Of a stretch of DNA of 64,000 nt, positions 33,323-45,090 are shown piece by piece. A model generated the notes under the pieces. The model had not been told where the DNA came from. It saw only the letters and a list, made by a program, of their open reading frames with translations, and searched no databases. This DNA comes from Schizochytrium sp. TIO01 (lineage: Eukaryota; Protista; Bigyra: Labyrinthulomycetes): the NCBI GenBank assembly GCA_004764695.1, contig SMSO01000031.1:1898436-1962435 (forward strand), given 5' to 3'. Position 1 is the first letter of the stretch. Each line of letters begins with the position of its first letter. The position numbers were made by a program, and so were the translations under genes.

Positions 33323-34672
33323 ATGGCGCGCCCACTTGAGAATTTCGATGATGAAGGCCTGCTCGGCCTGGCGCTTTTCCTTCTAACACCAGGTCCTTCT
33401 TCAGAGGTACGGCGCCGCAGCCTTGTCCTCACGCGCAGGGTGTCCCGAAACAGACAAAATGCATATCTCCCGCAACAGGTTGCAGTAGGTAGTAAAAATC
33501 ACCTTGACAACGTCAGGGTTCTTCCTGGCAATGAACTTCGGCGGCTCGATGTGCAACTCCTAGATCTAGAATTGGAGTTTTACTTTGATGAGGTTTATGT
33601 GGTCCAGGCAGATCGTGCCGTGTACTCCATGGCTAAAGGAGCAATCGTGCGTCAGCGCGAGCTTCATTGCATTGGCTCGACACGCCAGTCACTGACCCGG
33701 GCAGTAGCCCTAGGAGAGAAAATGAAGGAAGCATATGAGAAATGTGAAGATGATCTCCTAAAAGAAACACAAACTTTGATTCATGCCGAGGTCATGGCCA
33801 ATGAATCGCCACAGTTCACAGAGTACTTCAAAAATCTGACGAACTATCTCGTATATTACTATGGGCCTCGTTCCAAGGGCTTTCGCCTCTTACGCTCAGC
33901 TAGCAAGTACAAGTCACGGCTGTTGAAGATCTCTCAAGTGCAAATAGATCATAATGCCAGGCTTCGGGTCACACGCGCCTGCGAGGTTCCGCGAGACTAC
34001 CATTTACTGAATGCGCATTCAGTTTTCGTCTTGGACTGCGGTCTAGAGGCCTATAGTTATGACCGAGTCCAGAATTCATGGAGTATGAATGCAATTCGGG
34101 GTTTGACGCAATCAATCGCGAAAACTAGGAGCAACCTTCGAGTAGAAAAAATAAACCCAGGGGCAGCCGGAAGTGCTCCCAAATCATTATTTTGGACCAC
34201 GCTAGGCGGGTCTTGGGATGCTGCTATAGAGCTGGAATCGGAAAGACAAGATGCCGAGGATAACCAAAACCTAAATGACATGCGCTGGGGCGAGCCTCGA
34301 GGTTCTGTGTCTGGTGAATCGCATCTTTTGTCCCAGTGGCAAGTTGAGGGTATTGAGGACTTGCTTGATGCTGCAAATTCGGATGACCCTCGTGCTGCTA
34401 TTGATGCGTCGGCGCATGGTTTGACGCTTAAATTTGATAGTGCGGATAAGAACATTCACCTCGACGAGGATGTTTATGTGGTTGATGAAGGGACAGGTCA
34501 TCTCTTCATTTATCACAATGCGCGTGATCTCCTCACAAGTCTGCAAGCTATGGAGATCGCCTGCCAGTACTCTGATTTTCAGCAGTACCCCCAAGACATT
34601 CTTTCTTTCACTCACCTTGCTAATCAATCCCTCGTCTGTGAATCTTTCGAAGACTGCTTCTCACGAAGGTAA
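33323..34672 (+). CDS. Divergent gelsolin-family protein (three repeats, severin/fragmin/CapG-like size)
   Basis: HAEVMANESPQFTEYF...YYYGPRSKGF resembles the gelsolin G1 end (HREVQGxESxxFxxYF...GGVASGF). RLLKI...EVP...LNAHSVFVLDCG and FWTTLGG resemble G2. EDVYVVDEGTGHLFIY resembles G3. Confidence 0.78.
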   Translation: MARPLENFDDEGLLGLALFLLTPGPSSEVRRRSLVLTRRVSRNRQNAYLPQQVAVGSKNHLDNVRVLPGNELRRLDVQLLDLELEFYFDEVYVVQADRAVYSMAKGAIVRQRELHCIGSTRQSLTRAVALGEKMKEAYEKCEDDLLKETQTLIHAEVMANESPQFTEYFKNLTNYLVYYYGPRSKGFRLLRSASKYKSRLLKISQVQIDHNARLRVTRACEVPRDYHLLNAHSVFVLDCGLEAYSYDRVQNSWSMNAIRGLTQSIAKTRSNLRVEKINPGAAGSAPKSLFWTTLGGSWDAAIELESERQDAEDNQNLNDMRWGEPRGSVSGESHLLSQWQVEGIEDLLDAANSDDPRAAIDASAHGLTLKFDSADKNIHLDEDVYVVDEGTGHLFIYHNARDLLTSLQAMEIACQYSDFQQYPQDILSFTHLANQSLVCESFEDCFSRR

Positions 34673-36615
34673 TGCGAGACTGCATTTTAAATATACGCAC
34701 ATAGTTTCTACAACTCTTGCAACTCTTTCAGCACTTTTGGCGAAGTGGGCTCCGCAAAGCTTGTTGAGCAAGTGCAAGTGCTATTGCATCTTCGGACTTG
34801 ATTTTAATAAAGGTCTGTTTGCTAATGCCCCGTAATACGCCCTCGAGTTTATTTCTTTGAACACTCTACATATTCTTCAAATTGAAAACAATTAAATATT
34901 GAATATAACGTCATAGGTTAATATAATATAATAGATACCAATCTCAAGCCATACCTAGTTTGCGTCTTCGAGGCTAGCTTTTGTGTTTGCCAACGGAGAA
35001 GCTATATTACAGTCTGCTCGACTCGTATTGATGATTTCGAGAACGTCACTTCGAGGAAAACACGCCAGCAAGCAAACTTATACATTTCCTTCCACAGCTC
35101 CTCAATTCATTAATTAATCGGTTGTCGCGCAGTTTTAGCGTGCCAATGAACCATCTCCCAAATCGCCTGAGTTCGTCTTCTCGTCTCTCAATGCCTTCCA
35201 CAGCACCATCCTCACACGTAGTCCCCATCCAGCTTTTTATCATGATCTCTACCATCGCAGATCCGGGATCGTTCCTTGGTTACAGGAACGTTCCATTTTC
35301 GCACACCCCTCCCCCAAAGCAGAGCCATATTCATGTATTCATATGTGAAAAGCGGCCGAGATCTTGGAGGCTGAGACTCTGAGCTGCTGCGCCAATGATT
35401 CCGCAGTCTCTTTCGTGTCTCCTGCGTGTCTATCTATATCCCGCCTCTTATCTTGCGTTCCTCTGACCTCTTCGGTTTATTGGCGCGGTCGCGTGCGCTT
35501 TTCCCGCCGCCAGGGCAGGTTTCCTCGCTCGCCCTGTGCCCCCCTTTCCGGTAACTTATGGGAGAAGGCTTCTTCAGAGCCTGTTTCTCGGCCCATAGGA
35601 ACGCTATGGGGGTGAAAAGCACCTCAATCGAAAGCCCTCGCGTGCGAAAGCGTAATGAGACCAATTATAGTGTTTGAGCATCGGTATTGGTGGAGCGCCA
35701 CGCTCCGAAGTACCGCGGGATGGCCTCCCTCGGCTCTATTAAGGGGGCACCGTGCGAGTCATGAGCCTGTGGGAATCCCTTTTTTTCACTCTTCTTTTCT
35801 TATTCTGTTTACTTTTTGTGTGTGTTTTTCCATTTCTTTCTTTGTTTCTTTGTTTCTTTGTTTCTTTGTTTCCTGAGGGAGATATACTCTACTTTTCCTG
35901 TGACTCTCTAATAATACGTCCTCGAGAATACTCCACTTGCGCTCAGAATCCCGCCCATTGTAAGCCACTTTGGTCGTCCTTTGGGACGCTTCAAATGGGT
36001 TTCCGCCTGAGACCTCAAGTTTCTCCAGGAACACTCACTCCTCTTTCACCCGTTCAATGATTGATTGATTCTCTTTCGTCACGTTTCTCAATGAATCGAC
36101 TTCCGCCAATTAAGATACGGCTTTAATTAGCAAAACATTCATTTTTTTTAATTTAAAAGGTAAAACTAAAAGTAAACAAAGTAATCTATTAATTACTTCA
36201 TGCAAAAGCAGAAAATTCTTTCCTCCCTGCGCAGGAACTGTTATAAGCCACTAGTAGTTTGCCGTAGGTAAACGCGATTTTTCTCTTTTCTTCGTTTCCC
36301 TTTCTTTAAAAAATATTCTTTTTAACTGTCCTTCCTAGCTAGATTGGTAGGTGTCTACTAGCCCTACGAGTAATTAGGAAAACCAATTTATAATCATACT
36401 GTAGGAGTTGTTTCTCTTTTCTCTTTGTGTTGATTGATAATCGTGTCACGTTAAGGCATTCATTCATAAATTCATTCATTCATTCATTCATTCACTCGCT
36501 CGTTCGCCATGTGGCTGTGCCTTTAAACCGCTTTCTCCAGGGATTCATCATTATCGCCTTCTTTACTGCGAAGGCCAAAGTACGCATCAGCCCTCCCAAA
36601 AGCAGGCCTACAATG

Positions 36616-36750
36616 GCAAGAATTGCAGGAATTGCAGGAATTGCAAGAATTGCAGGAATTGCAGGAATTGCAGGAATTGCAAGAATTGTAAGAATTGCAA
36701 GAATTGCAGGAATTGCAAGAATTGCGAGAATTGTGAGAATTGCGAGATTT
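36616..36750 (+). repeat. 9-bp minisatellite (GCAAGAATT/GCAGGAATT) x15
   Basis: 15 tandem units with variants, degenerating at the 3' end. Confidence 0.95.
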
Positions 36751-37753
36751 GCATTTCCCAGTTTTCTTTCCTTTTGCTTTACTGTTCATAGTCGATCCCT
36801 CAAACAACCTTATTTAGAAGAAAGCTTTCTGAAAATTTAGTCCTTTCAATGACGATTACGAGCCCAAAGAGTCGCGGAATTCAACCCCGGAGCTGTGAGC
36901 ACAGTCGGATCTGCTTTGGGGCCACTTCAAGCTCCCGTCTCCGTCGAGTTTCGTCTTCTTGGTGGCCTCTGCGGCTCGAGCCACAGCGACGATTGGGCTG
37001 CCGAACTCCATTGCTTTCACGAAGGACCTCTGTGTTCATAAACAGTATAGCGCTTGCTTAGTAGAGACCTATGTACTACCTACATAGCTAATTCCTACAT
37101 ACACTACCTATATATAAGCATCATTAAAAGTAAAATATAATAAAATAGAATAAAAGAAATCTCTATTTCTAATATTCATGCATTATATAAGTCTCCGAGT
37201 CCTCACTATTTTTTATTATTCTTTAAAATAGAAGTATCCAAGTTATAACTAAATAAATATGTAAATAAATAAGTAAATAAACAAATAGTACAGCACTTAT
37301 AAAGAATAAAAATCATTTAATTCACAAACAGTTCCTTTGGATTCCGCGGAGCCGTAGCAATGCATAGGACTCTCCTAAGGAGCATGCATCTCTTTGTTTC
37401 TGTATTTCTCTTTGTTTCTGTCGATCCTTACGTTGTAGACGTCGCGAGATCAGGCGTCCAACTCAGAGGCGCTCCTGATTAGGAGCTCTCGAGGCCCTCG
37501 CGAGCGTTGTGTGAGCAGCGTATTTCATGGTGAGGAGAGGACTCGGGGGGAATTGAAGACGTCCGGAAGGCCTCAACATGAGGTAGCGAAGGAAAAGAAA
37601 GAAAGAAAGAAAGAAAAATAAATAAATAAAATAAATAAAAAGATTAATTAAAAATCAATTGAAAACAATTGTGAGAAAGTAAGTCGAAGAATTAAACCTG
37701 CTGTCAAGAGCGCGGGAGGAATCAATCAATCCCGCTTCGCTTGGGGCCTCGCG

Positions 37754-39816
37754 ATGGCGACGAGCTTCGCGGCGGCGGCGGCGGCGTCGCTGGACCGCAT
37801 TCGGGGCGTCCTGGACGCTCGCTTCTCTGGGTCGAATGAGGCGGCGCCGTCCTCTTCGTCTTCATCAAAATCGCCGGCCTCATTGACATCGTCACCGGCG
37901 CCATCGGCATCGACATCGTCACCGTTTCGACGCTCAGCACTCGAGGCTGATGCGGTCGCTGGTGATGGCGAGGCACAGGTGGATGTCAAACTCGTTGAAA
38001 AGATGCTCAAGGCTGTAAAGAAAACCCTCGCATGCGAAGTTGCCAGCAAAGATGGAGGAATACTTGGCAAGGAATCACGAATTGGCACGAAATTGGGAAA
38101 TAAAAGCGCCACAAAGCCTGCCGGCAAGACATCTGCCGATTTCATGGTAATCAAGAAGACCTCAATTCGCTCCAAAATAATTGAAAACGATGAGGAGGAC
38201 GACGATGAGGAAGAGGACGAGGACGATGAGGATGAGGATGAGGGTGAGGGTGATGATCTTCTTGATCATTTTAGCAATCTTGGGCGACAGCAGGAAATGC
38301 AAAATTCCGAGAGTGCGATGGATGCTGCTGTTACCTTATGTGTGGCACATGCTCGACTGGCTGCCGTGGAGGCGTCTGTGGAGCAGCGACTGAGCAAATT
38401 AGCAAGGCGACGGCGACAGCTTCACGCTGCTGCGCGGCGTCCGCGTAGCAGGACTAAGGGCACCGAAGAACTTGTTCGACTTGATGACGAAGAAAAGGAG
38501 CTCCTTGAACTTCTTGATGATCTCAGGGAGAGTCAGCTCGGCGATTTTCTGGAAATGTTCGACAGTGAAGCAAATGCAGTGAAGATATTTGCGGAGCATG
38601 TTGGTGTCCAGATGCGTATCGGAAAGCTCCGCAAAGAGGTCAAGGCTCGCAAAATGCAAGAGCTGGAAATTGACGCGGCTGAAATGCGTAAAGCAGAAGA
38701 CCTTGAAAGTACTGAGGTGAAAACCAGAAAGATTAATGAAAAGTTCCCCAAAAGCAAAAGAAAAATTATGCCCAAATCCCTGGCGAAGACTGCGACGTCT
38801 TCCTCTTCCTCTTCCTCCTCTTCTTCCTCCTCCTCTTCATCGTCATCCTTATCTTCATCCTCTCCGAGAGCCTCTTCCACCGCAGCAACAAAAGCATCAA
38901 CACTGTCGTCGACTTCTTATTCTGGTGTGACGGCTGCACAGAATGCCTTCGCGAAGGTCTCTATGGCATCCGAGGCCCAAGCACTGGATATGGATCTCGT
39001 CAAGCACATGTATAATGCCGCACGTAGAGGTATGATTCTGGACTCTGAAGATATCATCCAGCTTGCGTTCTACCTTCAAAAACAACAAAAGAATGAACAA
39101 AAAGGCACTAAGTTTAACAAAGCTTGGTACAACCGATGGCAGCGACGCGTGCAAAGTTCTGGATGCAAAGTCCTTGCAGATCTTTGCTCCCCTCCGACAC
39201 CTCCGTCGGCCACCTGGCTTATCCATTGGTGGTATGACGTGGTAAAAACAGAACTACTCAAACTGGGTATGGGTCACCTGCCACGTAATGATGTGGCTTC
39301 AACTTTCACAACGGGGTCCAGCACCATCTCTACCTCCGCGGCTCTCAGTAATGGAGGTGCCTCATCTAATACTGCTACTACCGGTGTTCAAACTGCTTCT
39401 GAAGAATTCATTTGGTCAGCTCCCTCTAGAGTGCTTGTTCTTCATGAGTACCATTTTGGAGGCAAATCAGCTAATGCACTGCGCAAACGAAAGCGCAAGG
39501 GACTTGAATATAAGCGTCTTGTTCTAGCTGCCAAAGGCTCACGCGCATATCCTCCAAGCGGGCGTCCTATCCCGGACGGCAATATTGTAAGCGAATACGA
39601 CGATGAATTAAACTATAGTAGCTCCGCAAGACTGGCTGGCGACTCCAGATCTGCGTCAATCCATTCGACCCCCGCAGCAAATAGTAAGCGCACATTGAGC
39701 TCACCATTCACAGTAATGGGAAATACTTCTTTATTATCATCAACATCAAATAGCCCTAGCCAAGCCAGTCATGGCAGTGCAGTAAGCTGTGCTAATGCTG
39801 AGAATCGATCCACTCT

Positions 39817-39871
<55 letters not shown>

Positions 39872-41794
39872 CAACATCAGAAAGGACCTTCTCATGTGAC
39901 TGTGATCGCTGGCTCGAACCTCGTCGGCGAGTGCTCTCCGCCTGCTTGGATTCTTAGCACCCACCAAAACTCTGCAACACATGCAGCTCTCGTAGAGAGG
40001 ATTTGCGAGAGAGAATGCAGTTCGTCGCAGCTTGGCGTGATAAATATGACGCGCTACTCTGGTCGAGGCCGTGTCTTCACATCTCCCGATGGAGATCTTT
40101 CTGAACAGGAACAATTTGTTGAGGTGATCATGTCTATTGTCCGCGCCGCGTTTCCGGATGTCTCAAATGCGGAGCCTCGCAAACGCGTGGTTATTTTCAT
40201 GGATGGGTTACGTTGTCGCCAGCATGTCCGAGCATTACAGGTGCTTGCTGCCCAAGGTGTGCACCTCTTTGCGTGTTTACCGTCAGACGTGGGAGCGGTG
40301 GATGCTGACTGTCTCTTTGAACCTTGGCGAATGGAGCTCACGCGTATGTGCAAAGATTACAGCAAACTTTACCTGCGTAAGATATCTCTTTGGGATCAAA
40401 TTGAGCTGGCTGCGAATACTTTAAGTGAGGTTGCTATGCCGAGCCTGCTGCTTCGCTCATGTCAGAACGCGGGTCTGCAGCCATTCTCTCGAAACTCTCA
40501 AATCGATAAGTTACATGCGGCAACACCAACATCTCCACTCAGTTCGTCATCTGCAGCCGCAGCCGCCGCCGCGGCAGCTGCCGCAGCAGCAGCGGCTGTT
40601 GATGTGACCTCGTCGAGCATCGTCTCAGCCTCAGGGTTTGGGGTGTCTTCAACTGCAGGAATTGACACTGGAGATCGAAGACTTGCAGGCCATGGCGTAG
40701 GATCTGCCAGTGTCCCAACCTCTTGGGGAGCTGTCCATGACTTGCATGGCGAGTCTTGCGTATCTCCTTCTTGTTCACGTCTCTGTCATTTTATCGAAAA
40801 TCATGATTTGCATGACTTGGAGGCTGAATCGAGCACATCACAGTCTACACAGGCTGGTACGCAAGATGGCTACAAGATTGGTGGAGCCTTTGCGCAGGAC
40901 TCTGCACTCTACAAATCCCCTCTGCATGATTGGGTCAAGGACTTAGCTTTAGATGTTATTGGAGACAACATGAGCGATGGAGGAAGCAGCAACGCCTCTA
41001 ATCTTACCAGCATCAGTCAACATGCATGCAAAGCAGAGTTAAAGCACGCCCAAGATCACCTGATCTTTGCTATAAATAAACTGGCTCTAGAGTTGCGAAC
41101 CGAGCTCACCAAAATTGCTGAGCTCGGATTTTCTCAATCAAGATTTCAATTTCAATTGGCGGAGCAAGAGCAGCTAAAGCTTCTAAGGCAGCAGCAGGAG
41201 CAGCAGCTGCAGCAGCAGCAGCAGCAACAACAACAGGAGGAGGGCGAGCAGCAGCAGCAGCAGCAGCAGCAACATCAGCAACAAGCAAGGCGCCAAATCA
41301 GAGAACCTCGCGTAGCTTCTCAAGTGACAGAACTGGGTAGTTTCCGTATTCGTAGCGCTGGTGACGTTGCAGAACCAGTGTGGAGTCGTGTCAGTGCGCA
41401 TAAAATTCTTATGCAGCAAGCTTGTGCTGAAGCAGAGCGAATCCGCGGTCACCTGGAGGCACTTCGCAAGGTAAAGCTCGATGCTGTCTCCGTTGGGTGG
41501 AGCGATCACAACAAACGCAGGGTTCTGCGCGATGGTCTTTTTATGGTCTCGCGCATTCGCCTAGCTCGAGTCGAGAATATTGCGCAGGAGAGACTGCAAA
41601 ACACGGCTTCCTCGATATCTCGGAAGCGGCCATCTTTGTTTCCAACTTCTGCCTCTGGCCAGCAGACTGAAAGAGAATTAGTTGCTATGCACGACAGGTT
41701 TTTGCAAGAACAAAGGAAAACAGCGCTCGCAAATAAGGTTAGGCGCATCGAAATGATGAATTTTGTTACGCATTCGCTTGGCCTGCAACAATAA
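37754..41794 (+). CDS. pogo/Tigger/CENP-B transposase-derived protein (HTH + degenerate DDE_1-like domain) with acidic, poly-S, poly-A and poly-Q tracts
   Basis: Intact 1346-aa ORF with ordered pogo-family motifs: HTH CENP-B-like (LVKHMYNAARRGMILDSEDIIQLA...FNKAWYNRWQRR), WWYD, VLVLHEYHF, HVTVIAGSNLVGECSPPAWI, SPDG, VVIFMDG, GVHLFACLP, DADCLFEPW, QNAGLQPF. Confidence 0.8.
39818..39879 (+). repeat. Coding (CAG/CAA)n polyglutamine tract
   Basis: In-frame CAG run within the 37754-41794 ORF; further Q tracts at about 41189-41285. Confidence 0.95.
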
Positions 41795-43497
41795 GATCTC
41801 CGTCTTGTACAGCGCGTTTTTAAACACTGTGCCTTCTTGTTTCGTTCCCTTGCTGCTTCAGGTTGTTTAAGCTTTCTTTTTTCTACACGTCTCAAGCAAA
41901 CAAATGAACCCATGGGTAGGTGGATGCGTGACGAATAAGTTAAGCAGCCCGCAAAGTATACATGGACCAAGCATAAATGCACATATGATCAGTCTGGAAA
42001 TATTATAACATTGTAAATGTGATTGTAATTTTGTCCCCTACTTCGCCTCTTGTTTGATGACCTTATTTCGGTTTTTGCTTTTTGGGGGCAGGCAGGTATA
42101 ATAAAACCGTGATGGACTATCTTTGTTTAAAGACTGCCAAGACTGCTGGGAATCTAGATTAGGCTACTCCTATGCAGATAGCCATAACAACCTAATTCAT
42201 TATAAAATGGCGCGTTTTCGCAGAGTGTGGAACTGAAAGCATTTCTGAGAGTGTGGACAGTGTAAAGAGAAGATTCCTCATGTGGAAGCGCTGCTTGACT
42301 GTGTTGTATAGTATAGCTACTTCCACCACCGTCGGCACAAAGGTCATTGCGATCGAGAGACAGTCAAGGATAAGAATTTTTACAAACGAATAATTAAGAT
42401 ATGTAGATGGATAGTAGGTATGCAAAGAAGAATAAATTTACCTTGAGGTGCGTTCGGGTGCCGTGTTGAGACCGCACCGGGAAGGGTCTTCTAGGACTAC
42501 TTAGGTGATCGCTCCCTGTTGTCATCATGCTAGTCTGACGGTCCACCGCCTATCTACCTACCCACTGAGCATACTGCGTACGAAAAAGGTATTGAGCAAG
42601 ACTTGCGTCGCAGGTATGGTTATTAGAGCAGGCACATTAAAATAAAGAAAGGGCAAAATGCTAAATTACTAGATGTTGAGATTTAATTATATATAAATTT
42701 CTCAACGATTTATTACATAATAACTTGAATGCAGATATTGATTTGCTATACACATATATATGGGAAGAACAACGTGCACTCCGTGGGTGTTCGTTTACTT
42801 CATTGATACGTCCATGAATCAAACCCAGGTCAGCAGGTCAGCAGGAGGAAAAGCGATAGCAAACGATTTGTTCTAAATAAAGGCTGTGCCACTCTCCCCG
42901 AGCAGCAGCATTTTCAATCAGGCAAATGTTTTTTCCAAAGCGCGATTCCGTAGATAGACAGGGTGAGCCAATTCGAGATAAAGCGACTAGCGCCATGCAA
43001 ATACCCTGACCGCGGTCCCCAATGAGTGTGTGCGAGAGTAAAAGAGTCCATTGAACTTAAAGCTAAGACAAGAAATTGCATCAAGCCACAATCAGATAAG
43101 GTACAAAATTCGCCAAAAGAATAAATCAGGACCCATTTATCCAATTGGTTGTTCCCTCAAAGGTAGGAAATGTTGGAGCGGCCTGGGATGACGGATAGCA
43201 AATCGTTCGATAGAGTATACTCATCTTCCCCAGTACACACTTGTTGAAAAAGAAACAACAATAAAGGTGACGAGAAAGAATGCAGACGAGGAACCGCAAT
43301 TGATGACAAAAGAGGACCAAGAGTATTTAAAAAACCATCTTAACGCCTCGGATTTAGGAACCTCATAAAGACGGCTGGATTTTAATTTCTCATTGCTCTG
43401 GTAGATACATTACTCGATCTCATCAATAAACACAACCACACGCACGTCAAATAACAGGGCAACTTTTGTTGGCACCGGCAGATAGGCTTTATTTCAT

Positions 43498-44442
43498 TCA
43501 CGCATCGACATTCATGGTGAAGGGCGAAGAAGCTGCCTCCTCGGGGGAGTTCATGCGCAGTTGCTTTTTCGGTGAACATGAGAGAGGATTTGCACCTGCT
43601 CCATATGAAGGAAGTATATCACCCTCCTCAACATAGATGTCGTGCCGGACAGTGGAGCAGCTAGGCTCTGAAGTTGAACTGCAGTATAGGTTGTGCAAGT
43701 TGCAATAGTTATTGCTAAAGTCGAATAGGGAAGCTGATTGTGCTTCCGAGCAACCCATAATTGTACAGGTTTCCGGGCTAGTAGACTCGAGCACGAAGGT
43801 GACCATATCGGTATACCTTTGGTCGCTTGTTCTTCGCTTCAGCACAACAACGTGTCGTCCAGAGGTGGTTTGTGTCTCTGCGACGACGTCATAGGTACCA
43901 TTGTTGTGAGGGTCTGTCCAATCAAGACCTTGAGCGTTAACACGTGCAATAATCTCGTCCACGACGTCCCCACATGATGCTTGAGCGAAGGCCGAAACTC
44001 TTGCGCTTGCGTGAAGGATGGCAGGCGATCCAGGGCATACGAACTCGGTGGTCGCCATATCGCGGACGATTTGCTCGACGTCTGCGGAAAGATAAATGAT
44101 GTTCGGTTCCCGAACGGTTGTGAAAGATGCTGAAATGAAGAGCAGGAGCACTGCAATACCCGCGACAAGGGACACAACATAGATGGCGAGTTCTCTTTTT
44201 GATGGCTGTCGAAGGAACTTGATATCGTCCTCGTCTAACAGAGGTTCGTCCATGTCATCAAAGTCATCGTCGCTGAGTTGGATTGAGAGGCCGATCACAC
44301 CCCTAGGGCTTTCAAGCGCAAAGTTGTCATCCACCATTCCACCAGATTCATGTGAGCTCGATGAGGATCCAAGGCCGCCCATGAACCCAAGCCCTGTGAT
44401 ACTCGAAGCTGGTTGGTGTGGTCTCCGCACGCCAATTGCCAT
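43498..44442 (-). CDS. Single-pass membrane protein with a Cys-rich C-terminal domain, function unknown
   Basis: First ATG at 44442 in an AAAATG context (314 aa). Acidic N-terminus, TM helix LAIYVVSLVAGIAVLLLFISASF, then a domain CPGSP..HAS...C..V..E...RV...WTDPHNNGTY...YTD...C...CSEAQ...DFSNNYCNLHNLYC. Confidence 0.8.
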   Translation of the reverse strand: MAIGVRRPHQPASSITGLGFMGGLGSSSSSHESGGMVDDNFALESPRGVIGLSIQLSDDDFDDMDEPLLDEDDIKFLRQPSKRELAIYVVSLVAGIAVLLLFISASFTTVREPNIIYLSADVEQIVRDMATTEFVCPGSPAILHASARVSAFAQASCGDVVDEIIARVNAQGLDWTDPHNNGTYDVVAETQTTSGRHVVVLKRRTSDQRYTDMVTFVLESTSPETCTIMGCSEAQSASLFDFSNNYCNLHNLYCSSTSEPSCSTVRHDIYVEEGDILPSYGAGANPLSCSPKKQLRMNSPEEAASSPFTMNVDA

Positions 44443-45043
44443 TTTTTTTTTGAGTCTAGAAACTACACGTTCAAATATCAAACTATATGATGATAGAGAC
44501 GAGACGACGAGGCGAGGCGAGGCGAGACCCAACCTAACCCAAACAAAGTCCTCCAAGAAAGCAAGCAATCGATGCCTCTGTTTTTCTTTCTTTGTTCTTT
44601 TGGGTTTATCCTCGCACTAACGTGGGTCAACGGAAGAGAGCTCCAGGCCGCACAAGTCCACAGGCAGGCCAGGCAGGGTCTTCTTGTTGACTTGTCTTCC
44701 CTTCCCGAATGCTTCGTGTTCGTCTTCCCTGCTGCTGGTCGACTTGGTTGATCTGACTGATACGTGTATATATATATATATAGCTTCGCGTCCTTCCGCC
44801 AAACGAACGTCGCAAACCAGAACAGGTACCTGGCCAGAACAGCAGATGAGACAGATCTCCGCTTCGTCGTTGGCGCCTTTCTTCAGCCCGTTTGCGGCGG
44901 CGTGGTTCCCGCTGCTGCCGCTCTCCACCTCCGCCGCTTTCCGTGGAGGAAGGAGGCCTTTTCGACGCAGGTTTTCTCTTGACGCTCGTGCCGCGCGGAC
45001 CTTTTCAGGATTGCTGCTCTCATTCTCTTCAAGTTTGTTTTCC

Positions 45044-45090
45044 ATTTCATTTCATTTCATTTCATTTCATTTCATTTCATTTCATTTCAT
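45044..45090 (+). repeat. (ATTTC)n microsatellite
   Basis: Tandem pentamer. Confidence 0.9.

Noticed and set aside
36616-36750. Possible CRISPR-like array
   Set aside because: Contiguous 9-bp units with no unique spacers, no cas genes, and a eukaryotic context
37000-42700. Intact autonomous DNA transposon around the pogo-like ORF
   Set aside because: No terminal inverted repeats or target-site duplication seen by eye; catalytic motifs are degenerate and interrupted by long inserts
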